Notes: generated by a model from the letters alone, not told the origin. A stretch of DNA of 64,000 nt from Candidatus Dormiibacterota bacterium (GCA_963751755.1 CAVVVH010000004.1:5822-69821), one strand, 5' to 3'. Counted from the first letter of the stretch, positions 28,871 through 41,198 are shown. Made by a program: numbers and translations.

Positions 28871-29620
28871 ATGACGATGCGGCCGCAGGCTTTTCTCGTC
28901 GCCGAGAACGTGACGGCCGGCTACGGTCCGACGCCGACGATCCGGGAAGTGACCGTCCAGGTGGCGCGCGGCGAGATCGTGTGCGTGCTTGGACCGAATG
29001 GCGCCGGCAAGAGCACTCTGATGAAGGCGATCACCGGCAAGCTGCCTCACATGACTGGACGCGTGCTGCTCGACGGGATGGATGTGTCAGGGCTACGCAA
29101 CGACCAGCTCGCAGGCAGGGGGCTCGGCTACGTCCCGCAGGTCAACGACGTGTTCGACACGCTCAGTGTCCTAGAGAATCTCGAGGTGGGCGCCTACCTG
29201 CTGCCTCGATCTGCGATCGCACGGAACGTCGACCGAGTGACTGAGATCTTTCCGGCCATCGCCGGGATGCGCGACCGCACCGCTTCGAAGTTGAGTGGGG
29301 GTGAGCGCAAGATGGTGGCCATAGCGCGTGCACTCATGCTGTCGCCCAACGTTTTGCTGCTCGACGAGCCGACCGCCAACCTCTCGGTCGAACTCGCGAG
29401 TGTCGTCCTGCGCGAGCATGTTCGACGGCTTGCCGACGCGGGGTGCGCGGTGCTGCTCGTCGAGCAGAGAGCCCTTGAGGCGCTCCGGGTCTCCGATCAC
29501 GGCTACATCCTCGTGGGCGGTTCCGTTGAGGTGGAGGCGCCGGCGCGCGAGCTGGTCGAGCGTCAGGACATCGGCGAGATCTTCCTGGGGCGCGCGTATC
29601 CACAAGCAGCAGCCCCGTGA
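28871..29620 (+). CDS. ABC ATP-binding protein, LivF-like
   Basis: In ORF 28835..29620 from MTMRPQ. It has GPNGAGKST, LSGGERKM and LLLDEP. Confidence 0.9.
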   Translation: MTMRPQAFLVAENVTAGYGPTPTIREVTVQVARGEIVCVLGPNGAGKSTLMKAITGKLPHMTGRVLLDGMDVSGLRNDQLAGRGLGYVPQVNDVFDTLSVLENLEVGAYLLPRSAIARNVDRVTEIFPAIAGMRDRTASKLSGGERKMVAIARALMLSPNVLLLDEPTANLSVELASVVLREHVRRLADAGCAVLLVEQRALEALRVSDHGYILVGGSVEVEAPARELVERQDIGEIFLGRAYPQAAAP

Positions 29621-29697
29621 GCCTTCAGTTGACGTTCGGCTGCTGGATGGTGGCTGCCCACACCGGCTGGTAATCGGGCTGGCTGAGACGGCGCCAC

Positions 29698-29703
29698 TAT
29701 CCT
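29698..29703 (+). promoter_or_regulatory. Candidate -10 box TATCCT placed for a leaderless transcript
   Basis: A TANNNT hexamer lies 6 nt upstream of the ATG at 29710, and no Shine-Dalgarno sequence is visible. Confidence 0.3.
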
Positions 29704-29709
29704 ATCGGG

Positions 29710-31015
29710 ATGCCACGCGGGGGACGACGACTGTCCGCCACGCTGGCCGCCCTCGCGCTGGACGTCGGGGCGCTGCGCGAGTCACGCCCGTTTCGCAGGG
29801 TGACCGCGGGCCAGTTGGTTTCCTTGGTGGGGCGGCAGATCACCGTGGTAGCGGTGCCCTATCAGATGTACGTCATGACCCGGTCGCCGGTTCTTGTGGG
29901 CCTGCTCGGCCTCGCCCAGGTGGTGCCGCTCATCACCGTGTCGTTGATCGGTGGCGGAATCGCGGACCGCGTGGACCGGCGACTGCTGTTGCTGTGGACG
30001 CAGGCGATGCTCGCGCTGTGCTCAGTCGCGTTGCTTGTGGGCGCGTTGGTGCACGTCGGGGCGGCCTTTCTGTTCGTCGTGGTGGCGCTGATCGGCGCGG
30101 TGTCGGCGTTGGATCAGCCGACCCGCACGGCGATCCTCCCGAGCCTGGTGTCGCAGGAGCGACTCGCCGGCGCGATCTCGATCAACATCGCCATATTCCA
30201 AGCCTCGCTCGTCGCGGGGCCGGCGCTCGGCGGCCTGGTGATCGCACGGCTCGGCCTCGCCGGCGCCTACCTCGTCGACGTCGCCACCTTCACCGCTGCG
30301 CTCACGGCGATCGCGCTGCTGCCGCCCTTGCCGCCCCACTCGACCGCCCGCGAGCCGGCGCTCGCGGCTCTGCGGCGCGGCCTGGCGTTCATCGTGAAGC
30401 AGCCGGTCATCGTCGGTGGGTACGCGATGGACCTGATGCGCGATGATCTTCGGTTTGCCGCGCGCCCTGTTCCCGGTGCTGGCTGCGACGACGTTCAACA
30501 CCAACGCGCAGGGGCTCGGCTACCTGTACGCCGCGCCGGGCGTCGGCGCGGTCGTGGCGGCGGTGTGCAGCGGCTGGTTGTCGCGGTCCACGCGCCTGGG
30601 TCGCGTGGTCGTCATCTCGATCGCCGTCTGGGGCGTTGCCATCCTCGCCTTCGGGTTCGTCAGCACGCTGTGGGTCGCGCTTGCTCCTGCTCGGAGTTGC
30701 CGGCGCAGCCGACGCCTTCAGCGCGGTCTGTCGCAACACCATCATGCAGACGCTGACGCCCGACGAGCTGCGAGGGCGACTGACGGTGACCTACTACATG
30801 GTGGTGGTCGGCGGCCCGTTCATCGGCGACCTGGAGAGCGGAGTGGTCGCGGGCGCGACCTCCGCGAAGGTGTCGGTCGTGTCCGGGGGCGTGCTGTGCC
30901 TGGTGGGCCTGGTCGTGGCTGCAACGCTGTTCCCGCAGGTGTGGCGCTATCGCGGCCGCACGCCGACGTGGCGCCCGCCCTCACCGACGACGGCCTCGCG
31001 GGGCCGCCCGTGTAA
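29710..31015 (+). pseudogene. MFS transporter (EntS/MFS_3-like), at least 3 frame changes in this assembly
   Basis: The protein continues across ORFs 29710.. (to ~30440), 30443.. (to ~30690), 30636.. and back to the 30443 frame for the stop at 31015. The TM helices are continuous when stitched. Confidence 0.7.
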
Positions 31016-31055
31016 TGTCCCTCTGCTGGCCGTCCGGCCAGGGGAGAGGGATCGA

Positions 31056-32327
31056 GTGAACGAGACCAGCACGGCGCGGCAGCGCACGGACCCGGCCCGG
31101 CTGACCACGCACCCGCCGGTGGGCGAGGTTCCGGCGACCATGCTCGCGCAGGTCATCCGGCCGGAGCGCTACGGCGACCCGCGCGACGCCTTCGCTGCCG
31201 AGGAGATCCCCACGCCGCGTCCCCGGGCCCGGCGCAGGCGCTCGTGTACGTCATGGCCGCCGGGCGTCAACTACAACAACGTCTGGGCTGCGCTGGGGCG
31301 TCCCGTCGACGTCGTCGCCGCGCGCCGCAAGGCCGGAGCCACCGAGGACTTCCACATCGGCGGCAGCGACGCGTCAGGCGTGGTGTACGCCGTCGGCGAG
31401 GGCGTCGACAACGTGCGCGTCGGTGACCAGGTGGTGGTGCACTGCGGTCAGTGGGATGCGGCCGACCCGTTCATCACGGGCGGCGGCGACCCCATCACCG
31501 CGCCCAGCGCGCGCATCTGGGGATACGAGACCAACTGGGGAAGCTTCGCCCAGTTCACCCTGGTGCAGGCGCACCAGCTGCTCCCCAAGCCGCCCGGCCT
31601 GAGCTGGGCGGCGGCGGCCGCGTACATGCTGGTCGGCGCCACCGCGTACCGCATGCTCTGCGGCTGGGAGCCGCACACGGTGCGCGAGAACGACGTCGTG
31701 CTGGTCTGGGGCGGCAGCGGCGGGCTCGGCTCGCAGGCGATCCAGATCGTGCGCGCCCGCGGCGGCATCCCGGTGGCGGTGGCCTCCGGCAAGGAGCGCG
31801 GCGAGTTCTGCGTCAGCCTCGGGGCGGCGGGCTACATCGACCGCAACGACTTCGACCACTGGGGACTGCCCGCCGGACTGGCGCGACAACGACGCCTACG
31901 GCGAGTGGGCGAGCGGAGCGCGCGCGTTCGGCAAGGCGATCTGGGACGTGCTCGGTGAGAAGCGCAACCCGCGCATCGTCTTCGAGCACCCCGGCGAGGC
32001 GACCATCCCCACCTCGATCTTCGTGTGCGACAACGCCGGGATGGTGGTGATCTGCGCGGGCACCACCGGGTACCACGCCGCCGTCGACCTCCGCTACCTG
32101 TGGATGCGCAGCAAGCGCCTGCAGGGTTCGCATTTCGCCAACGACGAGCAGTCGGCCGCGTTCAACGAGCTGGTCGACGGCGGGCAAGGTCGATCCCTGC
32201 CTGCGCCGGACCTTCGCCTTCGACGACGTCGGCGTGGCCCACCAGCTGATGTTCGAGAACCGCCACCCGGTCGGGCAACATGGCGATCCTGGTCGGCGCC
32301 CGCGACGATCAGCAGGTGGAGTTCTAG
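31056..32327 (+). pseudogene. ccr: Crotonyl-CoA carboxylase/reductase, at least 4 frame changes
   Basis: The stitched pieces are: [21 protein letters not shown]; [23 protein letters not shown]...[16 protein letters not shown]...[14 protein letters not shown]; [12 protein letters not shown]...[34 protein letters not shown]; [16 protein letters not shown]; and NMAILVGA. The stop TAG is at 32325. Confidence 0.75.
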
Positions 32328-33132
32328 CCGGCGCACCAGCGCCGCCCGCACACGCTGGGCGAGCTGCTCGGGGGTCTCGGTCGCGCACTCCAGCCGCCGC
32401 CCCGAGCGCAGCCAGTCGAGCTGGGCGGCGTCGAGGTGGCCGGAGAGGTCGCGCGGCAGTCGCGCCGGCGCTCCCTCGAGGAGTTGCAGACGGCGACCCG
32501 TCCAGCTCCGCCGGGTTGATGCCCGCGTCGACGACGTCCGCACCGAGGTCGCGCAGGTCGGCGGTGACAGAGCGCAGCCGGCGGGATCGCAGTCGTGCAG
32601 AGCGATCACCCGTCGCCCGCCGAGCTCCAGCGGCAGGTTGCGCGGCGACGGCGACGCCGATGTCGCCGACCCGCTCGCGGTTGGCGTGCACGACCGCCGC
32701 CGTGTCGGCGCGATCGCACACCACCAGCGGTGCGCGACGGACGGCGGTGGAAGCGCGGTGGCGACGACCAGGCCCGCGTACGTCTGCCGCCACGCCGAGG
32801 AAGCGGCGCTCGAAATCGGCGAACGACGATCGCCAGCACCGCGTCGGCGGCAGCGGGCGGCGCTCCTGCAGGTGGGTGACGCACGCCGACGATCAGCAAC
32901 ACCAGGCCGAGCGAGGCCGAGGACCGCGAGCAGGATGCGCTGGCCGGTGATCGCCCCGATGAGGATGAGCAGCACGCCGAGACCGACCTCGCCGGAGGCG
33001 ACGCGCGTCGGGACCGTCTCGACATCCGCACACACCGCGTAGTACAGCTGGCGCGCCGGAGTATGCCCAGCCGCCCTCGTGCAGCCGTGCCGCGGCGGCG
33101 ATGACGCGCTCGTCGGTGATCTCCAGCGCCAT
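32325..33132 (-). pseudogene. Hypothetical membrane protein with possible Toprim-like C-terminal region, multiple frame changes
   Basis: Minus-strand pieces are: MALEITDERVIAAAARLHEGGW; two TM-like stretches ([27 protein letters not shown] / [10 protein letters not shown]); [23 protein letters not shown]; and [18 protein letters not shown] + [27 protein letters not shown]. The reconstruction is tentative. Confidence 0.3.
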
Positions 33133-33198
33133 GACGCGCGAGTTTGGCAGGGGATCGACGAGCGCGCCCACGCCGTGCGCGACAGGGAGAATCGCGAC

Positions 33199-33988
33199 AT
33201 GCCCATCGCCTTCTACGTCGCCCGAGGACGGGCGCTTCGCGTCGACCGACTACACGCGCGGTCCGTGGGACCCGCTGTACCAGCACGCGGGCCCGCCCGC
33301 CGCCCTGCTCGGTCGCGCCATCGAGGGCCTCGAGGGCGGCGAGCGACTTCATGGTGGCGCGCTTCACCGTCGAGATCCTGCGCAGCGTCCCGCTGCGAGC
33401 CCTGCGGTGTGGAGGCGCGCCTGGCCCGTCCCGGTCGGACGCGTGCAGCTCGCCGAGGCCACCCTCAGCGACGACGACGGGGTCGTCGCCGCTGGCGCGG
33501 GCCTGGCGGATCCGCCGCGGCGACACCGCGCGCGAGCAGTCGCCGGCGGAGCCGGGCGCGTTCGCCGCCGGCCGGCAGAGGTCGCGGCGCCGCAGCCGAT
33601 TTCGATCCGTGGGGCGGTCCGAGCTACTTCTCCGCGGTGGAGTGGCGGGTGGCTGCCGGCGACTTCATGAGCCCGGGGCCGGCCACGGTGTGGATGCGCA
33701 TGAGCGGAGACGCTCGTCGACGGCGAGCAGCCCTCCCCGCTGACCCGCGTCCTGGTCGCGGCGGACTCGGGCAACGGCGTGAGCATGGAGCTCTCCCTGC
33801 AGACCCACGTGTTCATCAACACCGAGCTGACCGTTCACCTCCACCGCGAGCCCGTCGGCGAGTGGGTCTGCCTCGACGCGCGCACCCGGATCGGTCCCGG
33901 CGGCGCGGGCGTTGCCACCAGCACGTTGTTCGACTCCGCCGGCCGTTTCGGGATCGCCAACCAGGCCCTGCTGGTTCGGCCGCGCTGA
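33199..33988 (+). pseudogene. Acyl-CoA thioesterase-like (TesB-type double hotdog) protein, several frame changes
   Basis: The pieces are: MPIAFYV..DGRFASTDYTRGPWDPLYQHAGPPAALLGRAIE; FMVARFTVEILRSVPLRAL; VQLAEATLSDDDGVV; YFSAVEWRVAAGDFMSPGPATVWMRM; and an intact tail in ORF 33779..33988 (TELTVHLHREPVGEWVCLDARTRIGPGGAGVA). Confidence 0.55.
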
Positions 33989-34044
33989 CGTCACGCCGAT
34001 GTCGTCGCGACGGCGGGCTGCGCGGGCCGAAGTATGCTGGCGGC

Positions 34045-35760
34045 GTGATCTCCGAGACCGCTGCGGCGCCGGGCGTCGCCGGGCCGAGCCGCGACTACGC
34101 AGCCGAGCAGCGTCGCTGGGAGGAGCGCGCGCTGCAGCGCGCCCTGGCGCGCGGGGAGCGCAAGGACGCGTTCGCTCACCGGCAGCGGCATCGAGGTGGA
34201 GCCGCTGTACGGGCCGGCCCAGCTCGAGGGCCACGACCCGCTGGCCGCCGAGGGCTTCCCGGGCGAGCCGCCCTTCACCCGCGGCATCCAGGCCACCATG
34301 TACCGCGGCCGCCTCTGGAGCATCCGCCAGTACGCCGGCTACGGCACCGCCCGCGACGCCAACGAGCGCTTCCGCTTCCTCCTCGCCAACGGCCAGAAGG
34401 GCCTGTCCGTGGCGTTCGACCTGCCCACGCAGATGGGCCTCGACAGCGACGACCCGCGCGCGGCCGGCGAGGTGGGCCAGGTGGGGGTGGCCATCGACTC
34501 GGTCGCCGACATGGAGGAGCTGTTCGCGGAGATCCCGCTCGACGCGGTGAGCACGTCGATGACCATCAACGCGCCCGCGCCGGTGCTGGTGGCGATGTAC
34601 ATCGTCGCCGCCGAGCGCCAGGGCGTTGCCGCCGAGGGCGTCATGGGCACCGCGCAGAACGACGTCCTCAAGGAGTACGTCGCGCGCGGCACGTACATCT
34701 ATCCGCCGCGGCCGTCGTTGCGCCTGGCCGCGGACCTGATCGCCCACTGCGCGCGGCATGCGCCCAAGTTCAACGCCATCTCCCTGAGCGGCTACCACAT
34801 CCGCGAGGCGGGGAGCACGGCGCCGCAGGAGATGGCGTTCGCCGATCGCCAACGCGTGCGAGTACGTCGCCGCGGTGGTCGAGCGCGGCATCGCCGTCGA
34901 CGACTTCGCGCCCAAGCTGTCGTGGATCTTCAACACGCACACCGACTTCTTCGAGGAGATCGCCAAGTACCGCGCGCTGCGCCGCCTCTGGGCGCGCGTG
35001 ATGAGCGAGCGCTTCGGCGCCGCCGACCCGCGCTCGCTGATGCTGCGCACCCACACGCAGACGGGCGGATCGACGCTCACCGCGCAGCAGCCGGAGAACA
35101 ACATCGTGCGCGCCGCCATCCAGGCCCTGGCCGCCACCCTCGGCGGTGTGCAGTCGATGGCGCTGTCGTGCTACGACGAGGCGCTGTCCATCCCCACCGC
35201 AGAAGGCACAGCGCATCGCGGTGCGCACCCAGCAGATCATCGGCGAGGAGATCGGCGTCACCAACACCGTCGACCCGCTGGGTGGCTCGTACTTCGTGGA
35301 GTGGCTCACCGACGAGCTGGAGCGCCGCGCCACGCGCGCTGCTCGGCCAGGTCGACGAGCTGTGGCGGGGCGGTGGCGTGCATCGAGTTCGGGCTGGATG
35401 CAGGAGCAGATCCAGGAGGAGGCGTACCGCGCCGAGCTGGCCACGGTGTCCGGCGAGAAGGTGGTGGTGGGCGTCAACCGGTACACGGAGACCGAGGAGG
35501 CGCAGGCCGCCGGTGATCTTCCGCACCGACGAGCGAGCCGCGAACGAGCAGCTCGAACGGCTGCGCGACGCATCGCGCAGCGCCGCGACGACGCGCGGCG
35601 CTCGACCGTGCGCTGGAGCGCGCTGCGCGCGGCCGCCGCCGGTGACGGCGAGCTGATGCCCGCGATCCTCGACGCGGTGCGCGCCGACGCCACCCTCGGC
35701 GAGATCTGCGGCACCCTGCGCGACGTCTTCGGTGAGTACCAGCCGCCCACCACGATCTGA
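34045..35760 (+). pseudogene. Acyl-CoA (methylmalonyl/isobutyryl/ethylmalonyl-type) mutase large subunit without B12-binding domain, several frame changes
   Basis: The pieces are: ORF 34196 frame ([61 protein letters not shown]...); 34875 frame ([25 protein letters not shown]...[17 protein letters not shown]); and 35146 frame ([31 protein letters not shown]...GEICGTLRDVFGEY). Confidence 0.8.
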
Positions 35761-35832
35761 CGCCGGCGGGTGAGCGCGACGGCCGCACGCATCCGCATCG
35801 CGCTGCGGGCCGCCTGGCACCGGGTGGTGACC

Positions 35833-36269
35833 ATGCCGCGCGGGGCGCGCCTGCTGCTCGTCGCGCTGGCCGTCGCCGGCCGCTTCGTCGGCGTGGTGGC
35901 TGCCGCTGTTCAACAACGGTGGCGTCGCGAGCGCGGAGATCGCCGGCCAGCTGCCCGACACCGTGGCGGCCGGGCACAGCCGCCGACGCCGACATCGCCC
36001 TCGACAACGTCGGCGACAGCATCATCAACCCGGTGTGCGTGAGCATGAGCGGCGACGGGGGCCGTGCTCGCCTCGGCCGACTTCCAGGGCCTCGACCACG
36101 TCACCGCCACCGGCAACCGCGTCTGCGGCGGCCAGCTCACCGGCCAGGAGACGATCGGGATCACCCTCCACTTCACCCTCAGCCACCGCGGCAGCACCGC
36201 GGTGCGCCTGGTGCCGCAGCAGGGCGCGACGGTGATCGGACCCGCGTTCACCGGCACGGTCGGCGGTGA
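35833..36269 (+). pseudogene. Hypothetical exported protein, frame-shifted
   Basis: MPRGARLLLVALAVAG looks like a signal peptide. It continues in other frames (ADADIALDNVGDSIINPVCV; ADFQGLDHVTATGNRVCGGQLTGQETIGITLHFTL). Both ends are uncertain. Confidence 0.25.
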
Positions 36270-36342
36270 CCTGAGCACGCGGCCGTTGGCGCCGCCGCGT
36301 GCGCCGGGACGTACCCTTGACGGGCACACAGGAGGCGACGCG

Positions 36343-36694
36343 ATGGCGCGCGAGTTCAGCGACTACGAGGCGTTCTTCCCCTGGTACGTCAGCCAGCACA
36401 GCAAGCGGGCCACGCGCTGGTTCCACTTCGTGGGCACGCACCTCGGCGCCGCCACCGCGCTGACCGGGCTGGTCACCCGCCGTCCCGCGCTGCTGGCGGG
36501 CATGCCGGTGATCTCGTACAGCGTGGCCTGGTTCAGCCACTTCGTCATCGAGAAGAACAACCCGGCCATCGTTCGGCCACCCGCTGTGGTCGCTGCGCGG
36601 CGACATGCGCATGCTCGCGATGATGTGGCAGGGCCGCGACGCCGAGCTGGAGCGGATCGCCCAGGACGCCACGCGGCTGACGCTCGCCGCCTGA
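36343..36694 (+). pseudogene. DUF962 (Mpo1-like) membrane protein, one frame change near 36570
   Basis: MAREFSDYEAFFPWYVSQHSKRATRWFHFVGTHLG...AWFSHFVIEKNNPA is followed, after a shift, by FGHPLWSLRGDMRMLAMMWQGR. GGAGG lies upstream of the ATG. The length of 352 nt equals 351+1. Confidence 0.6.
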
Positions 36695-36700
36695 CCGGCG

Positions 36701-37987
36701 TCAGCCCGGTCGCGCCGCCTCGAGCTCCCACGTCGAGCCCTGCGGGGTGTCGTGCACCGCGACGCCGGTGGCGAGCAGCGCGTCGCGGAGCGCATCGGCG
36801 TCGGCGAAGCGCCGTCGCGACGCGGGCCCGATCGCGCAGCGCGAGCATCGCGTCGACGAACGGTGCCGCGTGCTCGCGTCGGCGTGATCGCGCCGGCGCG
36901 GGCCAGCTCGGCGAGGCGCACCACCAGCTCGCGCAGGGCCTCGCGGGCGCGGTCGGGCTCGTCGGACTGGAGCGTGTCGCTCGACCAGTCGTGCACCGCC
37001 GTCTCGATCGCCAGGATGGCTGGCGGCGACGCCGTCGGGGTCGCGGGCCGCGAGGGCGGCGGCGGCGGCGTCGCGCTGGCGGTTCACCTCCTCCATGAAC
37101 GGGTCCTGGCCGTCGCCTGTCACGGCGCCTCCGGCTCGTCCGGCTGCGCGGCTCGGCTCGACCGGTGGCCGTGCGCCGCCGGCCGAGGTCACCTCAGCCA
37201 GCGACACCACCTCCGGCGCGCGCCAGTGGCGCTCGCGCCCGCCTGCGCGCCAGGTGACGCGGCCGCGGCCGCGCACGGTCAGCGTCGCCGCTGGCGACGT
37301 CGATGATGCAGGCGGTGTGCTCGTCGACCCCGAGGATGCCGCAGCCGTCGGGAAGGGCTCGACTCGAGCACGCGCAGGCGCCGCTCGCCCATGTAGCAGA
37401 AGCGGGTGTCGTGGGTGCCGCCCTCGGCGTTGTTGTAGTGCGGGATCACCGCGGCGCGGATGCCGGCGTGGCGCAGCAGGTCGAGCCCCGGCGACCCAGT
37501 CGCGGCGGCGCACCGACCTTGTAGATCTCGTACACGGGCAGCGCCACCTCGCCGAGCCCGACCGCGGCCGCGCTGGAGAACACGACCACGCCGCCGGTGC
37601 GGAGCTTCTCGGCGAGCAGGCTCCGGCACACGCGTGCCGCTCCACTGGCGGATCGCGTACGTCGGGCTGCCCGGCCCGGCGAACACCCAGCCGGCCTCGC
37701 GCCACCAGCGCGCACATGCGCTCGTACTCGAGCGCCGTCGCCGTCTGCGCGTCACGGAAGGAGGCCACCTCGACACGGCGGCCGACGCTGTCGCGAAAGT
37801 ACGCGACGGTGCGCGCGGCGATGCTCGTCGGCGTTCTCCTGGAAGCCGAACGGCGTGTCGAGCATCACCGCGCGCGCGCTCCGGCGCCGGCTCGTTCGAA
37901 CAGCTCGGCGTGCACGGACGTCATGGTCGGCGCCGTCTCGCCGGACCCGATGATCGCCAGCAGCCGGGGCGCGGTCACCGCGTCCAT
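36701..37987 (-). pseudogene. Peptidase S51/class-I amidotransferase-like domain fused to a CysRS C-terminal-like tail, multiple frame changes
   Basis: The pieces are: [22 protein letters not shown]; WVFAGPGSPTYAIRQW; GIRAAVIPHYNNAEGGTHDTRFCYMGERRL; and the tail FADADALRDALLATGVAVHDTPQGSTWELE, which resembles the extreme C-terminus of cysteinyl-tRNA synthetase/MshC. Confidence 0.45.
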
Positions 37988-38024
37988 CGTAGGCCAGCGT
38001 CGCGGGCGCGGCCGCGCGTCGGCC

Positions 38025-39544
<1,520 letters not shown>

Positions 39545-39643
39545 GGCTCGTCTCTCCGAGTTGGCGTGCTGGCGCGGCGCCGGATGACGAGGCCGGATGG
39601 TAGCGACCGGCCCGTGCTCGCGGCGTCGCCCATACTCGAGGCG

Positions 39644-40738
39644 GTGAGCCGAGTGGGAGGCGCTCCGCGAGGAGCTGCGCGCGCACGCGCTGGAGAGCGG
39701 GTGGTGCGCGCTCGGTGTCACCGGCGTCGAGCCGTTCGACGAGGCCCGCGAGCGCGGGCTCGACGCGGTCGCGGCAGGGCGGATGGACGGCATGCCGTGG
39801 ATGACCGCTGAGCGCGTCGCCGCCAGCACCGACCTCGGCGCGCGCTACCCGTGGGCGCGCAGCATCATCGCCCTGGCGTGGCCGTACCGGCCGGTCCGGC
39901 CGGCGTCCCGGGAGGCGCCCGGACGCCCGCGCGGACGCATGGCCGCCTACGCGATGCTCCGCGAACACCGACGGCGAGGTCAGCCGACTACCACGACGTG
40001 CTCGCCCGCGGCTGCGACGAGCTGGTGGGCTGGCTGCGCGACCGCGCATCCCGAGCTCCGCGCCAAGCGCTTCGTCGACCACGGGTGGGCGATGGACCGC
40101 GCCGTGGCGGAACGTGCCGGGATCGGCTTCACCGGCAAGCACGCCTCGCTGCTGACCGCCGCCGCCGGCTCTACGTGCTGCTCGCCGAGATCGCCGTCTC
40201 ACTGCCGCTGCCGCCCGACCAGCCGTCCCAGAAGGGCTGCGGCAGCTGCGCCGCCTGCCTGCCCGCGTGCCCGACCGGCGCGATCGTGGCCCCCGGGCGT
40301 CATCGACGCCCGGCGCTGCATCTCGTACCTCACCATCGAGCACCGCGGCGCGGTGCCCGTCGAGCTGCGGCCGCTGATGGGCACCTGGGTGTTCGGGTGC
40401 GACCTCTGCCAGGAGGCGTGCCCGATCAACCACCGCCTGGCCCCCGCTCCCGTCGCGGAGCCGCGAGGGTCGCAGCGCGGGCGGCCCGGTGCCGGCGCCG
40501 GACCTCGTGGAGCTGCTCGAGCTCGACGAGGCGGCGTTCGACGAGCGGTTCGCCGGCACGCCCGTGGCACGCACGGGACGGGCGCGTCTGGCCCGGAACT
40601 CCGCCATCGCCCTGGGCAACGCGGGCATCCCCTCGACCGCGGAGCCGCTGCGCCGGGCCGCGGATCGCGACCCCGACCCGGTGGTCCGGGAGGCCGCTGT
40701 CCTGGGCGCTGGAGAGGATCGGCTCAACGTCGATCTAG
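39644..40738 (+). pseudogene. queG: Epoxyqueuosine reductase, several frame changes
   Basis: The pieces are: AERAGIGFTGKHASLLT; CGSCAACLPACPTGAIV; DARRCISYLTIEHRGAVP...WVFGCDLCQEACPINHR (4Fe-4S motifs); and a HEAT-like tail NSAIALGN...DPDPVVREAA. Confidence 0.75.
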
Positions 40739-40752
40739 CGGTTCGGACGCCC

Positions 40753-41108
40753 TCAGTGGAAGAGCCACATGGCGGCGCCCACCCCGGCCGCGATGGGCGC
40801 GCCGACACAGGCCGCGACGATGGGCACGGGGTCGTGCTGTGGTGGCCACCAGGCGTGGGGGACGGCGCGGCCGACGGGCACGCGAGCCCTGCGCATCCGG
40901 TTCGGCTGGGCCATGACGATCGCGGCCGCCATCCCGGTCAGAGTGACCAGCAGGATGGCCTCGGCGGCGAGCACCGCGACGTGGGTCGCGCCCGACGCGC
41001 CACAGCGCCGCGACCGACGGCGAAGGCGACGAGCCCGAGCAGGGTGCCGCACAGCCCACCGAGGAGCGGCAGGGAGAGGGTCGCCCGGCGAGGCGTCGGC
41101 AGCGGCAT
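40753..41108 (-). pseudogene. Small hypothetical membrane protein, one frame change
   Basis: MPLPTPRRATLSLPLLGGLCGTLLGLVAFAVG joins AVLAAEAILLVTLTGMAAAIVMAQ...PIVAACVGAPIAAGVGAAMWLFH. Confidence 0.35.
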
Positions 41109-41169
41109 GGGCGGCAGCGTACCACCGCGACAGCGCCGGCTCCACCGTCACTCGGCGATCCCCGCCGCC

Positions 41170-41198
41170 TTGACCTTTCCGCGGACCGCACCTACCCT
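41170..41198 (+). promoter_or_regulatory. Candidate promoter TTGACC-17 nt-TACCCT
   Basis: The hexamers and spacing lie 63 nt upstream of the ATG at 41262. Confidence 0.35.
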
